This document shows, one piece after another, positions 24,200 through 36,029 of a stretch of DNA of 64,000 nucleotides (position 1 is its first letter; every line of letters begins with the position of its first letter). Position numbers and translations under genes: made by a program. Source of the DNA: Eledone cirrhosa (taxonomy: Eukaryota); NCBI GenBank assembly GCA_964016885.1, contig OZ024743.1, positions 331,948,001-332,012,000 of the forward strand, read 5' to 3'. The notes under the pieces were generated by a model. It ran no database searches, was not told the origin of the DNA, and saw nothing but the letters and a program-made list of their open reading frames with translations.

Positions 24200-24943
24200 T
24201 GTATATCTATGTGTATGTGCATATGTGTGTGTGTGTATCTGTATATCTATGTGTGTATGTGCATATATGTGTGTGTGTGTATCTGTATATCTATGTGTGT
24301 ATGGGCATATATGTGTGTGTGTGTGTGTATCTGTATATCTATGTGTGTATGTGCATATATATGTGTGTGTGTATCTATATATCTGTGTGTATGTGCATGT
24401 GTATGTGTGTATCTGTATATCTATGTGTGTATGTGCATGTATGTGTCTATGAGTTTGTGTGTATAAACATGTGCATAAGTTTGATGTTTGTGGATGTGCA
24501 CTTTATATATATATATGTGTGTGTGTATATGCATATATATTAGTGCGTGTTTGTGAGTGTGTGTGTGTGTGTAAATATAAGCTTAAGTTTGATGAATGTG
24601 CATGTGAGTGTGTATGTATGTATGTGTAAGTATGTATGGATGTGTATATATAAATATATATATACACACATATACACACATTTGTGTCATCACCATCATG
24701 ACATATATACACATGTGTCTATGTACATGTATGTATGTATGGAAACTGACAAAATCATATGACCTCTCCTATATTGAAAAACACTATTTTCTATATCTGT
24801 TTGTTGAGAAGAAAACCAAAAAATATTTGAAAGTTTCTTAGTTGAAAACAGTGTGTTTGGTAACAGCTGCTGCAATATAGAGCATAAAGATATACTTGTG
24901 TATCTCTGCATGAATGCATATATATATATGTGTGTGTGTGTTA

Positions 24944-25002
<59 letters not shown>

Positions 25003-25081
25003 GCATCAGGTGTGTTGAAAATATATAAGTATGGATGATATACAGCATCAGGTGTATTGAATGTGTGTGTGTGTCTGTGTC

Positions 25082-25113
<32 letters not shown>

Positions 25114-25140
25114 TATATACATACATATACACACACACGT
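23712..25140. repeat. TG/TA simple-repeat region
   Basis: (TG)n, (TA)n and (CA)n tracts with short unique interruptions. Confidence 0.85.
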
Positions 25141-25380
25141 GATCATTTTTTTTTTTTGTCTGTTTTTCCATATTCTCCAGTCCATCTACACCACTATCTC
25201 CATACTATCATAGGTTAGACCTAAAAGGCACAGCCAGTTAGAATCTTGTCTTTCCTTCACCGATAACAAGGTATTTCATGTCTGAAATTATTGACTCAAC
25301 CGTAACAAGTTAACACTATGTAGATCTATTTATTCCCTATTGTATAAATAATATTACAAATAAAAAAAATTTTTTTTTAA

Positions 25381-25868
25381 AACACAGAAGCGGGTAGCAC
25401 ACACATCTAGGACCACATACAACACATAATCAGATAATACACACATCTATGACCACATACAACACATAAGCAGGTAATACACGCATCTAGGACCACATGC
25501 AACACATAAGGAGGTAGCACACACATCTAGGACCACATACAACACACAGGCAGGTAATACATACATTTAGGACCACATACAACACATAAGCAGGTAATAC
25601 AAACATCTAGGACCACATACAACACATAAGCAGGTAATACAAACATCTAGGACCACATACAACACATAATCAGGTAATACAAACATATAGGACCACATAC
25701 AACACACAATCAGGTAATACACACATCTAGGACCACATACAACACACAAGCAGGTAATACATACAGCTGGGACCACATGCAATACATAAGCAGGTAATAC
25801 ATACATCTAGGACTACCTACAACACACAGGCAGGTAATACATACATCTAGGACCAAATACAACACACA
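25381..25868. repeat. 40-bp minisatellite (CAGGTAATACACACATCTAGGACCACATACAACACATAAG)n
   Basis: About 12 head-to-tail units. Confidence 0.95.
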
Positions 25869-25869
25869 T

Positions 25870-27556
25870 TGTATCATGTGCTACGGACGACGCAAGAGCA
25901 ATGGTCGGCCAACATAAAGGTTTTGTCACTCTTCTGAGGAGAGAAAATCTATCTGTATTTGTTGTTCAACACTTGGTTGCGAAGAAACTCAGCAAGCCGC
26001 TGAGCAAGTCCTTGCAGGTGGCCATTGATGTCATCAATTTTATCAAACGGCATTCCCTCAATGAACAAATTTTCCGGCAACTCGTCAAGTTGCTCCTTCA
26101 TAATGAAGTGAGGTGGCTTTCAAAAGGCAAGTGCCTTACTCACTTCTTTGAACTGTTCGACTCTATCATTGAGTTTTTGCGAGGACGCAACACAGAACTG
26201 TACAAGAAAACCCTCAATGTGAGGCAAGACTGTGCCTACCTCACCGACATCGTCGACAAATGCAATAGCGTTATTTTGGCTTTGCAGGGGAAGAAGATCA
26301 CCTTGCTTAAAGCAAGAAATGCTGTGAAAAATTCCTGGCCAAATTGAATGTCATTGAAAGGAATCTTTGTTGACGGGAATTCTATAATTTTCCTAGTGTC
26401 GCCAATGTTCAAAACATTGTAAGCGATGATCAACTCCAAATTTATACCGCGCACCTCCGTGCACTACAAGACAACATGAGAGAACGGTTTGTTAACCTTT
26501 TGCCGATGGACATCCCAATGTGGGTAGCAGATCCCTTCGTAGCTAACGTCGATGATTTGGACGTTATATTTCAGGAAGAATTCATTGAACTTCAAGAAGA
26601 TGACATGATCAAAATTAGATTTCCCAAAATAGGTGAACCCCTTTTTTGAATGCAAGAGGAAATTCAGCGTCGATTTTCACACCTACATGCAGAGGCTAAG
26701 AGATTTGCTCTGCCTTTTCCAAACTCATACTTAGTCAAGAGGAGGTTTGGTGCTGTTTCCAGACTGCACAGTAAGGCTCGCAACCGCTATAATGTAATTA
26801 CATGTGGATATCTCCAGCTACATCTTACGAAAATCCAGCCTAACATCAAAGAGTTAGCTAGACTCCATAAAGTTCAAGGGTCCCATTGAAATGAGGTCAA
26901 AGTTAAAGTAAGTTGATTTATCCGAAAACTTGAATATGCTATTGTTACAAAGCAAACTAACAATTTTTTTTATTTGTAGTTGCAGTCTGACTGGACTGGA
27001 AACCATCTACTACAATTCACTTACTCTTTGTTGTATATATTTTACTATTTACTAATAAATTATATACCCTCCCACGGTGGTCATGAAAACCCTCTTTCGT
27101 GGTCTCTAAGCTCACAAAGCAGAGGGGACATCAAGTTAGATATCAACATTTATTTTGTCCATTTCATTAAAGGGAAAATTGGAAAGCTTTGAAATGATAT
27201 AATTGCCACTTTCTTCCAGATAAGAGCACTCTTTCGATAGACAGAGTTGCTCTTGTATAAATGTTCAAAATATTTGGTATCGCCTGGTGGGAATATAACA
27301 AATTCAACTGGTCCTTATTCATAAAAAAGAACATTTAGGTTCCTTTTTTTGAAATTTATATATTTCCTTTCAAGGAATGTATTTATACTCTCAGCTGCCT
27401 GCAATGGTATCTTTGGAATATTGTTAATCAATTTTTTAGTAATCTACTGATATTAAAATCAGTAGTATATTGAAAAATGGAAAAATAGAGTAGGGGCGTT
27501 TCGTGATTTCTAGGGACAAAAGGGGGCATTTGGCCTAAATGGGTTGAGAACCTGTG
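25870..27556 (+). mobile_element. 5'-truncated hAT (Buster/Charlie-type) DNA transposon with pseudogenised transposase (25870-26889)
   Basis: CATDDARAMVGQHKGF, LLLHNEVRWLSKG, AYLTDI, LQG and C-terminal QPNIKELARLHKVQGSH motifs; 3' end GGTTGAGAACCTGTG followed by CTCTAGAG (nnnTAnnn-type target). Confidence 0.88.
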
Positions 27557-27617
27557 CTCTAGAGTAACAAGACACATTATTTAGCCTTATGTATGTATAT
27601 GTGTGTGTGTGTTTATA

Positions 27618-28291
27618 CAAGATGTGTCAGAAAAGTAACAGGACAGTGTGCTGTATGAGCTCTGAGTGGGGCATGCATGGAGATGAGATGAGGTCGCATT
27701 CACAGATTTTTTTAGTGTCACAAAAGGTTCAAAGAGGATGTGGAAGATGACCCAAGAAGTGAAAAGCATTCAACAAGCAGGACTGGGGCCAATGTTGAGT
27801 GAACGAAGTAGATGGTGCATGGCAATCATGACTGCTTGAGGGATCGCAAGTGAGCTGGGCATGAACTGCGACAGCATCTGGAAGACTATCACCAAAGATT
27901 TGGGCATGCAGAAGATCTGCATAAGCATGGTGCCAAAGCTGCTCAATAATGACCAGAAGGAGTGGTGCATGCAGGTGTGTCAGGACACCCTTGAGCATCT
28001 TGAAACCAAACCAGACTTGTTTGGCAAAGTCATCATTGGTGATGAGTCAAGGGGGCCCATTAAAGTCATCACTGGTGACGAGTCAAGGGGGCTCATTTTA
28101 ATGACGTGGAAGCTATCAAGAGAGCCTTGACAACAGAGTTGCAGAGAATCCCAGGAGTGCACGGGGGCATGATGGAGAAGGATCAGAAAGTGTGTTAGAC
28201 TCGAGGAGATTATTTCAAAGAGGAAAACTTGTAGTTTGTATCTGAAATATTTTTTGGCGACCCAGTCCAGTTTCTTTTCTGAGACACCTTG
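27618..28291 (+). mobile_element. Internally deleted mariner element
   Basis: 27-bp TIRs (CAAGATGTGTCAGAAAAGTAACAGGAC / complement at 28265-28291); VEDDPRS, MVPKLL and IGDES transposase motifs. Confidence 0.88.
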
Positions 28292-28294
28292 TGT

Positions 28295-28665
28295 ATCATC
28301 ATCATCATTTTACGTCCGCTTTTCCCTGCTTGCAAGGGTGGGACGGGAACTGATTCTGGCTTGATTTCTACAGCTGGATGCCCTTCCTAACACCAACCTC
28401 ATTTACAGTGAGTGCTGGGTGCTTTTTTTTCCGTGGCGCCTACACATCCACTTTACAGTGTGGGCTGGGTGCTTTTTTGCCATGGCACCTCCACACCCAC
28501 TTTGCAGTGGAATGATAAGGACTCTCATTTCTACGGCTGAGTAAACTGGAACAATATGAAATAAAGTGCCTTGCTCAAAGAAACAACACATCACCCAGTC
28601 TGAGAATTGAACTCACAACCTTTCGATTGCAAGGCCAATGCTCTAACCACTAAGCCATGTGCCTT
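28295..28665 (-). mobile_element. tRNA-derived SINE head joined to an RTE subfamily-B 3'UTR and (GAT)n tail
   Basis: 28520-28665 is homologous to the head of the 7725 SINE; 28295-28510 matches the RTE-B 3'UTR. Confidence 0.75.
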
Positions 28666-29110
28666 TATGTATGTATATAAGAATAAAATAACCAGGATTA
28701 AATTATATTAAATTATTTAATTGAAATTTTCTTTTCTGGCACTAGTATATATATATATGATCTGTGGTATTGTAAAACTACTGTGATTGGAAATTATCTG
28801 ATTGGATTAAACTCTGAACTGTCTTTTACCTATCTTGGTGTGGACTATAAAATTTGAGCTTTAAATTACTCTTTGCCTTATATGGTTGTTTTTTATCAAC
28901 TTGTCTAAACTATTATATATATATATATATATAGACACACAAAGCTGTAGAATAATGTCAGATTCATAGAGTGAATGAGATGGGGAGATAAGATTGATAA
29001 GATTATGGGTGTCATATTGATAAAAACAGCACAGGAATAATTGGCACCAGTTTGGTGAGGTCTTTGTTTTGAAGTGGATAAACAATGGATGAGAATCAGT
29101 ATGATATTGA

Positions 29111-29310
29111 CTTGGCATTGAACATCATACTTCGCAGCATAGAGTTATGGCCCTTTACATTCTGAATTCAAATCCCGCCCAGGTTAACTTTGCCTTTCAT
29201 CCTTATGGGGGTCGATAAAATAAAGTACCAGTAATGCACAGGGGTCGATTTAATCGACTTTCTTCTTCCCTTCAAATTGCTGGTCTTGTGCCTAAATCAG
29301 AAACCATTAT
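29111..29310 (+). mobile_element. Nin/Deu-domain SINE
   Basis: ATTCAAATCCCGCCCAGGTTAACTTTGCCTTTCATCCTTATGGGGGTCGATAAA core. Confidence 0.8.
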
Positions 29311-29639
29311 GATATTGATTTGTGTGTATGTATATATAGACAGACAGGCATAGACAGGTAGACACACAAGCAGGCAGTCATGCAGACAAACTGACAGTAG
29401 TCAGTATGCAGGCAGACAGACAGATGGGAAGATAGATATGTTTCTTTATTAGCCACAGGGGCACAAAAGAAGGGGACAAATACAAAGGGGGAAGTTTACA
29501 TACAATAAAAACGTGTAAAATATTATCACAAAAGCAATTTAAAAATTAGTCGATTTTCCCCAATAGAGGGAGACATTTCATATGGGTAACACATACCCCC
29601 GAAAAAAAATGTGCAACCCTCATCTCCAGGAGTACGAAG

Positions 29640-32600
29640 AGTTTGAACTCCCTTCCTCTCCTCCTCTTTTTCCCATTCACTCGGGCCATTCTCGCCACTT
29701 TCACCCACCTTTCATAAAACTTGCTGGGGTACAGCACCTCTCTCTCCATCCTGATTCTTCTTCCAAAGTGGTATTTGAAAAAAAGAATCAGTTGTTGGCC
29801 GGAGAGAAAGGTGTCTGACCTCAGCCCTTTCAACTTTGTCCACCATACAACCTCTTTCGCCATAGCTATCACACAAAGGAAAACTGCCTCTCTTTCGTTT
29901 TTGAAGGAGGGTGGCAGTCTGATCATGACAATGGACTCAGTGGTCAACCGGATTGGTCCCACCCGCGACAATAGTCGTTCTACATAGCCCCACAGGTCGG
30001 TGACGCCCGGACAGTGTATGAATGCGTGCGTGACGGTTTCTTCGTCTCGCACGCACCTCGGGCAGATCTTTTTTGCAGAGTCCCTGTTCGGGCGCCCATG
30101 TCTGTAGAGCTTGTCTCGAACTGGTAGAGCTCCTCAGTAGCACTGCCAGGCCAGGGACTTTTGGAAGTTGTCCATCGGTCCCGGGCGGAAGGTCCTACCG
30201 AACAGACGGGCCAGTTCGTCTTCCTCTACGCCTAGAGTTTCACCGAACACGTCGTCGCACTTGCTGCGGACCAACCCTCTATAGAATGACGAAGTGGAGT
30301 CTCCACTGATCGCCGGGTCCGCCTGCCAGAGGGCTGTGAGCACCTGAGCACATTCGATGTGCCAGTAGCCCATTTTCCTCGGTCTTTGCTTAACCCAGGA
30401 CTGCAGCTCGATCAGCGAGACGAATCGTGGGAAGGCTCGCCTCACGAACGGGGTCCACACCGGTTGTTCGGTGAGGAATACGTACAGATTCCGCAGCCTG
30501 AGCGCGTGTTTGCGCATCGTCAGCCACGGCATTCCCAGCCCTCTATTGGAAGGGTGTTGGCAGCAGATGGATCTTCTCACCAAAAGAGCCCGCCTCTTCC
30601 AAAGGAATTGGAAGAGCGCGCGCTCCATTTTAGCGAGCGTTTTGGCTGGACAAGGCACGACAGTCAAGCGGTAGTAGATGGCGGATGCTATAAAAGTGTT
30701 CGCCACCTCCGCTCGACCTTTCAAGGATAGTTTGCACTCAGCCCACTTCTGGGTGAGTGCAAACACCTTGGCCGACACCTCGTTCCAGTTCTTCTCCACC
30801 TGGAGATCTGGACCAAACCAGACCCCGAGCAACTTTACCGGTCCTTCCATCCAGCGTCCGACAACGCCATCGGAAGGCATCGGCTTGCCTCTCCATGATC
30901 CGAGTTGCAAACCAATGGACTTCTCCCGGTTCAGCTTCGCTCCTGTGAACCTTTCGTATTCCTTCAGTAAGGTGCCAACTTCCTCGATTTGCGAGGCGCT
31001 CGACACCATTAATGTCAAGTCATCGGCATAGACCGACGCTGCTTTTCGCAATCCCGGTTCCAGAGGGATGCCCTGCAATAGCTCCAACTTCCGCAGTAGT
31101 GGCTCGAGAGTCAATACGTACAGAAGAGAGGAGAGAGGGCATCCCTGTCGAATGGATAGCGTGATATGGAACGGCTCCGAGAGGTAGCCGTTCACCTTAA
31201 CCCTTGAGCAGATGTTGCTGTTATGCATTGCAGCAATTCAGGCCCTGAACACGGGTCCGAAGCCTGCCGCCTCGAGCACCGCATCCAGGTAACGATGGTC
31301 AACCCTATCGAAAGCCTTAGACTGATCCAAGTTGATCAGGGCCCTACCGAAGCCGGGTTTACACCCTACCCTCTCTATGATGTATTGCATGAGGTGGAGG
31401 TTGTCGTGTATGGACCTGGTCGGGATTGCGCATGTCTGCACTTCTCCCACCAGGTTCTCGACGACAAGCGCCAGCCTCTTTGCTAACACCTTGGTCAAAA
31501 TCTGTAACTCTGTGTTTAGCAGAGTTATGGGCCGGAAGTTGCCTATGTCATCCCCCTTATTCTCGTCCTTCCTGACTAGTGTGACTACGCCCCCGGTCAC
31601 CGAACTGGGAATTCTCCCGTTCTGTTGCCGGTTGCAGTAGACTGCTTCCAGGAGACCGGAGAATAAGTCCGGCATTGCTAAAATTCGTAGGGTAGAACGT
31701 CGAGACCTGGAGATTTGCTTTTGCCGCATTGGCTCAGTGCGTCCCCTATCTCAGCGGCTGAAATCGGCTTTTCGCAGAACTTCGCCTCGCTGTCCGAGAG
31801 TCGCGGTAGGCCGTCGAGGTATGGACCAAAATCCATAGCCCCTCCCGGCGCGCCGCCCCTCCCGAACAGTTGAGCAAAGTGCCGCTGAAAGGCCGCACAC
31901 ATCTGCTTCGGCTCATGTATCACACGTTCATTTTGGTCCTTCAAAGACTGAATCTTTGACTTGTTGCCACTTTTTGCCTCCATCACTCGGGCCCAGCTAA
32001 CAACTTTGGCTCCCTTGTTTCCCAGAGCACGTATTTTGCTTCTGACAACACAGCCCTCATGCTTTGCATCGAAGAACTGGTCCAAGGCCGTTCTCGTTGC
32101 TAGCACGCTGGCTACGTTGCCACTTCTAATTGCCTCTTCTACTTTATCTACCAGTTCTTTCTCAATTCTATTTCTATCTAATGCTAATTCTTTACTAAAA
32201 ACTAACGAGTCTAATCTAACTGCCCTCTTGAGAGAGTACCACCATCTGTTGTTGACAATGGCCCCCGTCAAGTGCTGTTTAACTAAAGTGCTAATCCGTC
32301 TACTGTAGGCTTTGCATGTCGGTAACGACAAGTTCAGCTTCCAGTAGCCGGGTCCTTGTCTATGGGTTCTATCAAGGTCGACCATGCAAGTCACTAATTT
32401 GTGATCTGAATAGGCAACCATGAACATTTGTGGACAGCTTAACATGTCCCTATCCTTATTTCTAACTAGAACCCTATCTAGGTACGATCTAGATGTTCCA
32501 CTGCGATTAGTCCACGTCCACAGTGGCACAGTCGGAAAATCTAGTCGATATCTATCGGCCAGGTCAAATCGGCCGATTAACTGTTTGAAGATGTTACACC

Positions 32601-33080
32601 CCCCTTTATCGGGACATGCTCCCACATAGTCCCAACGTGCATCTAGGATTCTATTCCAGTCCCCCACTAAAAGCAAGGAGCGGGACGTTCCCAGAAAAGT
32701 CTCTAGCCGTTTGAAGAAGTCTGGCCGCGGTGTCCCGGATGGGCATATGTGGCCACCAGCCTGAAGGCTCCACCTTCACTACCGTCAACGTCTAGGACCA
32801 CCAGTCGACCCTCTGGGTCCAGATGTACCGTCTGTGTTACGAGGCCCAGGTGTTTCCGCAGCAAAACGGCAACCCCACCCCCACCCCCCGGCTGACAGAG
32901 AGATGCGTAGATCTGAAAGTCATCGAAGATTGGGGCCAGCTGTCGCTCGCTGTGGATCCTGGACTCGCAAATGGCTACTACATCCATACTGTGCGACCTG
33001 AGGTCGTTTAAGAGTTTGCCCTGTTTCCAAGGCATCCCCAGGCCGCGTACATTCACACACCCAACTCTTATATTGGCCAT
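29640..33080 (-). pseudogene. LINE ORF2 (APE endonuclease + RT + CCHC), several frameshifts
   Basis: CVNVRGL, ICES, VGDWN, SYLDR, SDH (APE); KSPGLD, NFRPITLLN, LDQSKAFDRVDH, RQGCPLS, YADD (RT); CPRC...ETVTHAFIHC. Confidence 0.92.
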
Positions 33081-33114
33081 GTTGGTTCTGAAAAGTTAAA
33101 AGAGAAGAAAACAC

Positions 33115-34780
33115 TCACCTCTTCGTCTCCCGGGGATCAGGCCGCACGGTTTCCATGGGGTGTTAGAGGAGTTGTCTGGGTGGGTAGTGGTTTCCGGCGG
33201 GGTGGGGACAGAGATGTTTGGTGGGGTGGGGGTGTCTGGGGTGGGGGGTCTCTGGGGTGAGGGTGGGGAAACTTTTTAAAAGGACGTGGTTAATGGGTTT
33301 AACACAAGGATTACCCACGTCCTTAGGAAAGTTTTCCTTTAAAGACTTATAGGTGTCCGCAGGGACCCTAATCATCTTTAAATTAGGTTTGTCTACACAG
33401 TTCGAAAAAGTTTTCCCTTTGGTTTTCACCGAAGGGTGGTTGGAGATGACCTCCATTAAAGTTTTGTTTTTACTGTTTATGTATGTGTAATGTTCTTGTT
33501 GTGTTGCGGTGGTTTTTGTCTGTTGTTCTTGTGGGAGCTTTCGTTTTGTTGTAGGTGTTTGGAGTGATGTCGTGGTTTTGTTTTTAATGTTTGTGTTGTT
33601 TGTGTTGATGGTTGTATGTTTGTAATGATGTTTGTTGTTTTTTTGTTCTTGTGGTGTCTTTTCTTCTTTCTTTTCGAACGGAGAGGCTCTCCCTCATCAT
33701 CACTTGGTGATGATGTGGGGGCCTCGTCCATTGTGGTGTCTGTGTTATTTGGAAGGGGTGTGATTGTGGGTGTTTTTTCAGTGGTTTTAGGTGGAGTGGG
33801 GTTGGGTGGGACTGTGCTTGCAGGTTGGTTTGTTGTTCTTGTTTTGGTTGTGTTTGCGTGTTGTTGTGGTGGTGGTGGTGGTTGTGTTGTTGTTTTGGGT
33901 GTTGGCAGTAGTGCCTCTTTTTTTTTTTTAGTTAACTGAGGACAGTAAGCCTTCAGGTGACCACTGCTTAAACAGTGGTAACATGAAGGCCGCCTACCCT
34001 CAACAAAAATGTTTATGTGTGAAATTCCATCCAGAGACACACATTGGGGTATTTTAGCTATCCGTTCTGGCCTCATTTGGACCAGAACTTCCATGCTTGT
34101 ACCATTGAATGTGCCTCTGGAGGACTTTCCCACCGAAATGATGGTGTCTTCGTTGAAATCGATGAAGCCAGTTAGAATCCACCAGACGTTTACATTTGGT
34201 GCAATGTTCAAACTTTTTATTTTTTTAGTTCTTTTTCCCATATATGTGGGGGGAAAAGGTGTAAAGGGGGGACACAATCGGCGATACAGAATATTTTTGT
34301 GCTGTCAATTGGTCTTTCAACAACACCGAAATGCTTCCAAAAAGTTTCCCTTTTTGGATGAAGGCAATATCCTTCATGGAATTCTTCAGAAGCAGTTCAA
34401 TATCGTTTTGGGATAACTGAACTGGTTTTTTCGACACATTTGAAACCGTCCTAAAAATTACTGTTTTTAGAACAGTTTCTCTGTGTAACTGATGAGGAGA
34501 AGTGATGCTGAAAGCACCACTCTCACCAAAAGTTACGTACTGTTTTGCATCGTTTAACATTTCCCTAACATTGGAAATGTCAAGGTATGTGAACAGTTCC
34601 GTCTTTTGGACGGTTTGAGCAAAAGAAATCGTTTCCTTGTTCGTGGAGTTGTTCGTGTTGCTGTTGTTGTTGGTGGTGTTGTTGTTATCATTGTTGTTGT
34701 TGTTGTTGGTGTTGTTGTTGTTATCATTGTTGCTGTTGTTGTTCTTGTTGTCATTATTGTTGTTGTTGTTGTGTGGCAGA
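33115..34780 (-). pseudogene. LINE ORF1 (gag-like; poly-Asn N-terminus, zinc knuckle, Thr/Pro/Lys-rich tail), frameshifted
   Basis: ISFAQTV motif and CYHCLSSGHLKAYC (CX2CX4HX4C); ORF pieces 34225-34872, 33477-34277 and 33163-33456. Confidence 0.8.
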
Positions 34781-34785
34781 GAATA

Positions 34786-35605
34786 GGGAAATACCTTCAC
34801 CCTGTATTGGGTAAATGAGGGCTGAAAATGGCACCAGATTAAGAGTAACCCTTTAGGTACCAATTTGGCCAAAACCGGTTCTGGTTCTATGAAATAAAAC
34901 CACCCATTTTAAAAGTTTCCAATTTAAATTCAAATTTCCAACATAATTTTATAGAAGAACCTTACATTAAGTTACTATCAAAACCCTTTAACATTTACAT
35001 TACTCTATATATACTACTATATTTTCACGGTAAAGGCTTTACCTCACATAATATCGAATCTACAAGATTTTGCTGTTATTTATTTTGAGAACAATACCTT
35101 AACATCAGTATGAACAGCCAGTTACAGCTGGTTTGAATAGAAAGAGGTGAGAGAATTCTGACCAGATGCTAAAGGATTAATAATGAAATAATTAATAATT
35201 TCCATAAATCCCTCAAAATTCTTCATTAATTAAAATAGAGCGTATTTTAGTAAAAATACAGTCATGAACAGGTTAAATGGCACCAGACTGGGGGGTGGAC
35301 TTTCACCTTATAGTGTGATAAATATGGGCTTAGATGGGCATTAGATTAGAGGCAATTGGCACCAAACTGGAGGAAGACCTTCACTTTGTAGTGGATGAGT
35401 AAGTGTTGAAAATGGCACCAGATTAGGGGCAATTGGCACAAGACTGGGGGAAGACCTTCACATTATAGTGGGTAAATAAGGGCTAGGAATGGCACCAGAC
35501 TGAAGGAAGACCTTTACATTATAGTCAGTAAATAAAGGCTGGGAATGACACCAGGTTAGGGTTAATTGGCACCTGACTACAGACAGGGAAAGAACCTTCA
35601 CCATT
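34786..35605. repeat. Diverged ~75-bp tandem repeat (AATTGGCACCAGACTGGGGGAAGACCTTCAC...) interrupted by a TTAA-type MITE (~34980-35180)
   Basis: TGGCACCAGA motif recurs at 34829 and across 35278-35575. Confidence 0.65.
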
Positions 35606-36029
35606 TTATGGACCGATATAATGACAAAGAATGATGATGGTGAAAAATATATTTTTTGCTTATTGTTTTGTTTTTTGTTGTTTTTGTTAAAATTTGTTCA
35701 TTTTCAAATATAGGAAAATGTATTTGGAAATAATTGAATAAATGTTAGATTAAAATAACAGATGAAGAGGTCAGAAGAGATCTAATCTTCAAACAAACAT
35801 GTCTCAGAATTATTGAAGAAAATATTTTACAGACGAATGGATGCCATATACACCGGCTGCACTGCTAAACTATATAAATTGGTATAGTAACATACATACA
35901 CACACATATATATACACACACACATATGTGTGCATATGTATACATACATAGATTTACATACATGTACACATATATATACATAAAAATTTATATAAATAAA
36001 TATATATATATACACATAATGATAGATAT

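Larger units (their letters stand above)
29441..34785 (-). mobile_element. Near-full-length Tx1/L1-clade LINE (degraded)
   Basis: ORF1 with CCHC knuckle; ORF2 with APE, RT and C-terminal zinc finger; 3' end ...GGCTAATAAAGAAA abutting GACA/GATA repeats. Confidence 0.92.

Noticed and set aside
25381-25868. Regular 40-bp repeats as a CRISPR-like array next to a transposase
   Set aside because: Head-to-tail units without unique spacers; eukaryotic context; adjacency to the truncated hAT looks incidental.
25901-26889. Domesticated ZBED5/SCAND3-like host gene
   Set aside because: Frameshifts, stops and deletions plus a retained 3' TIR indicate a dead transposon.
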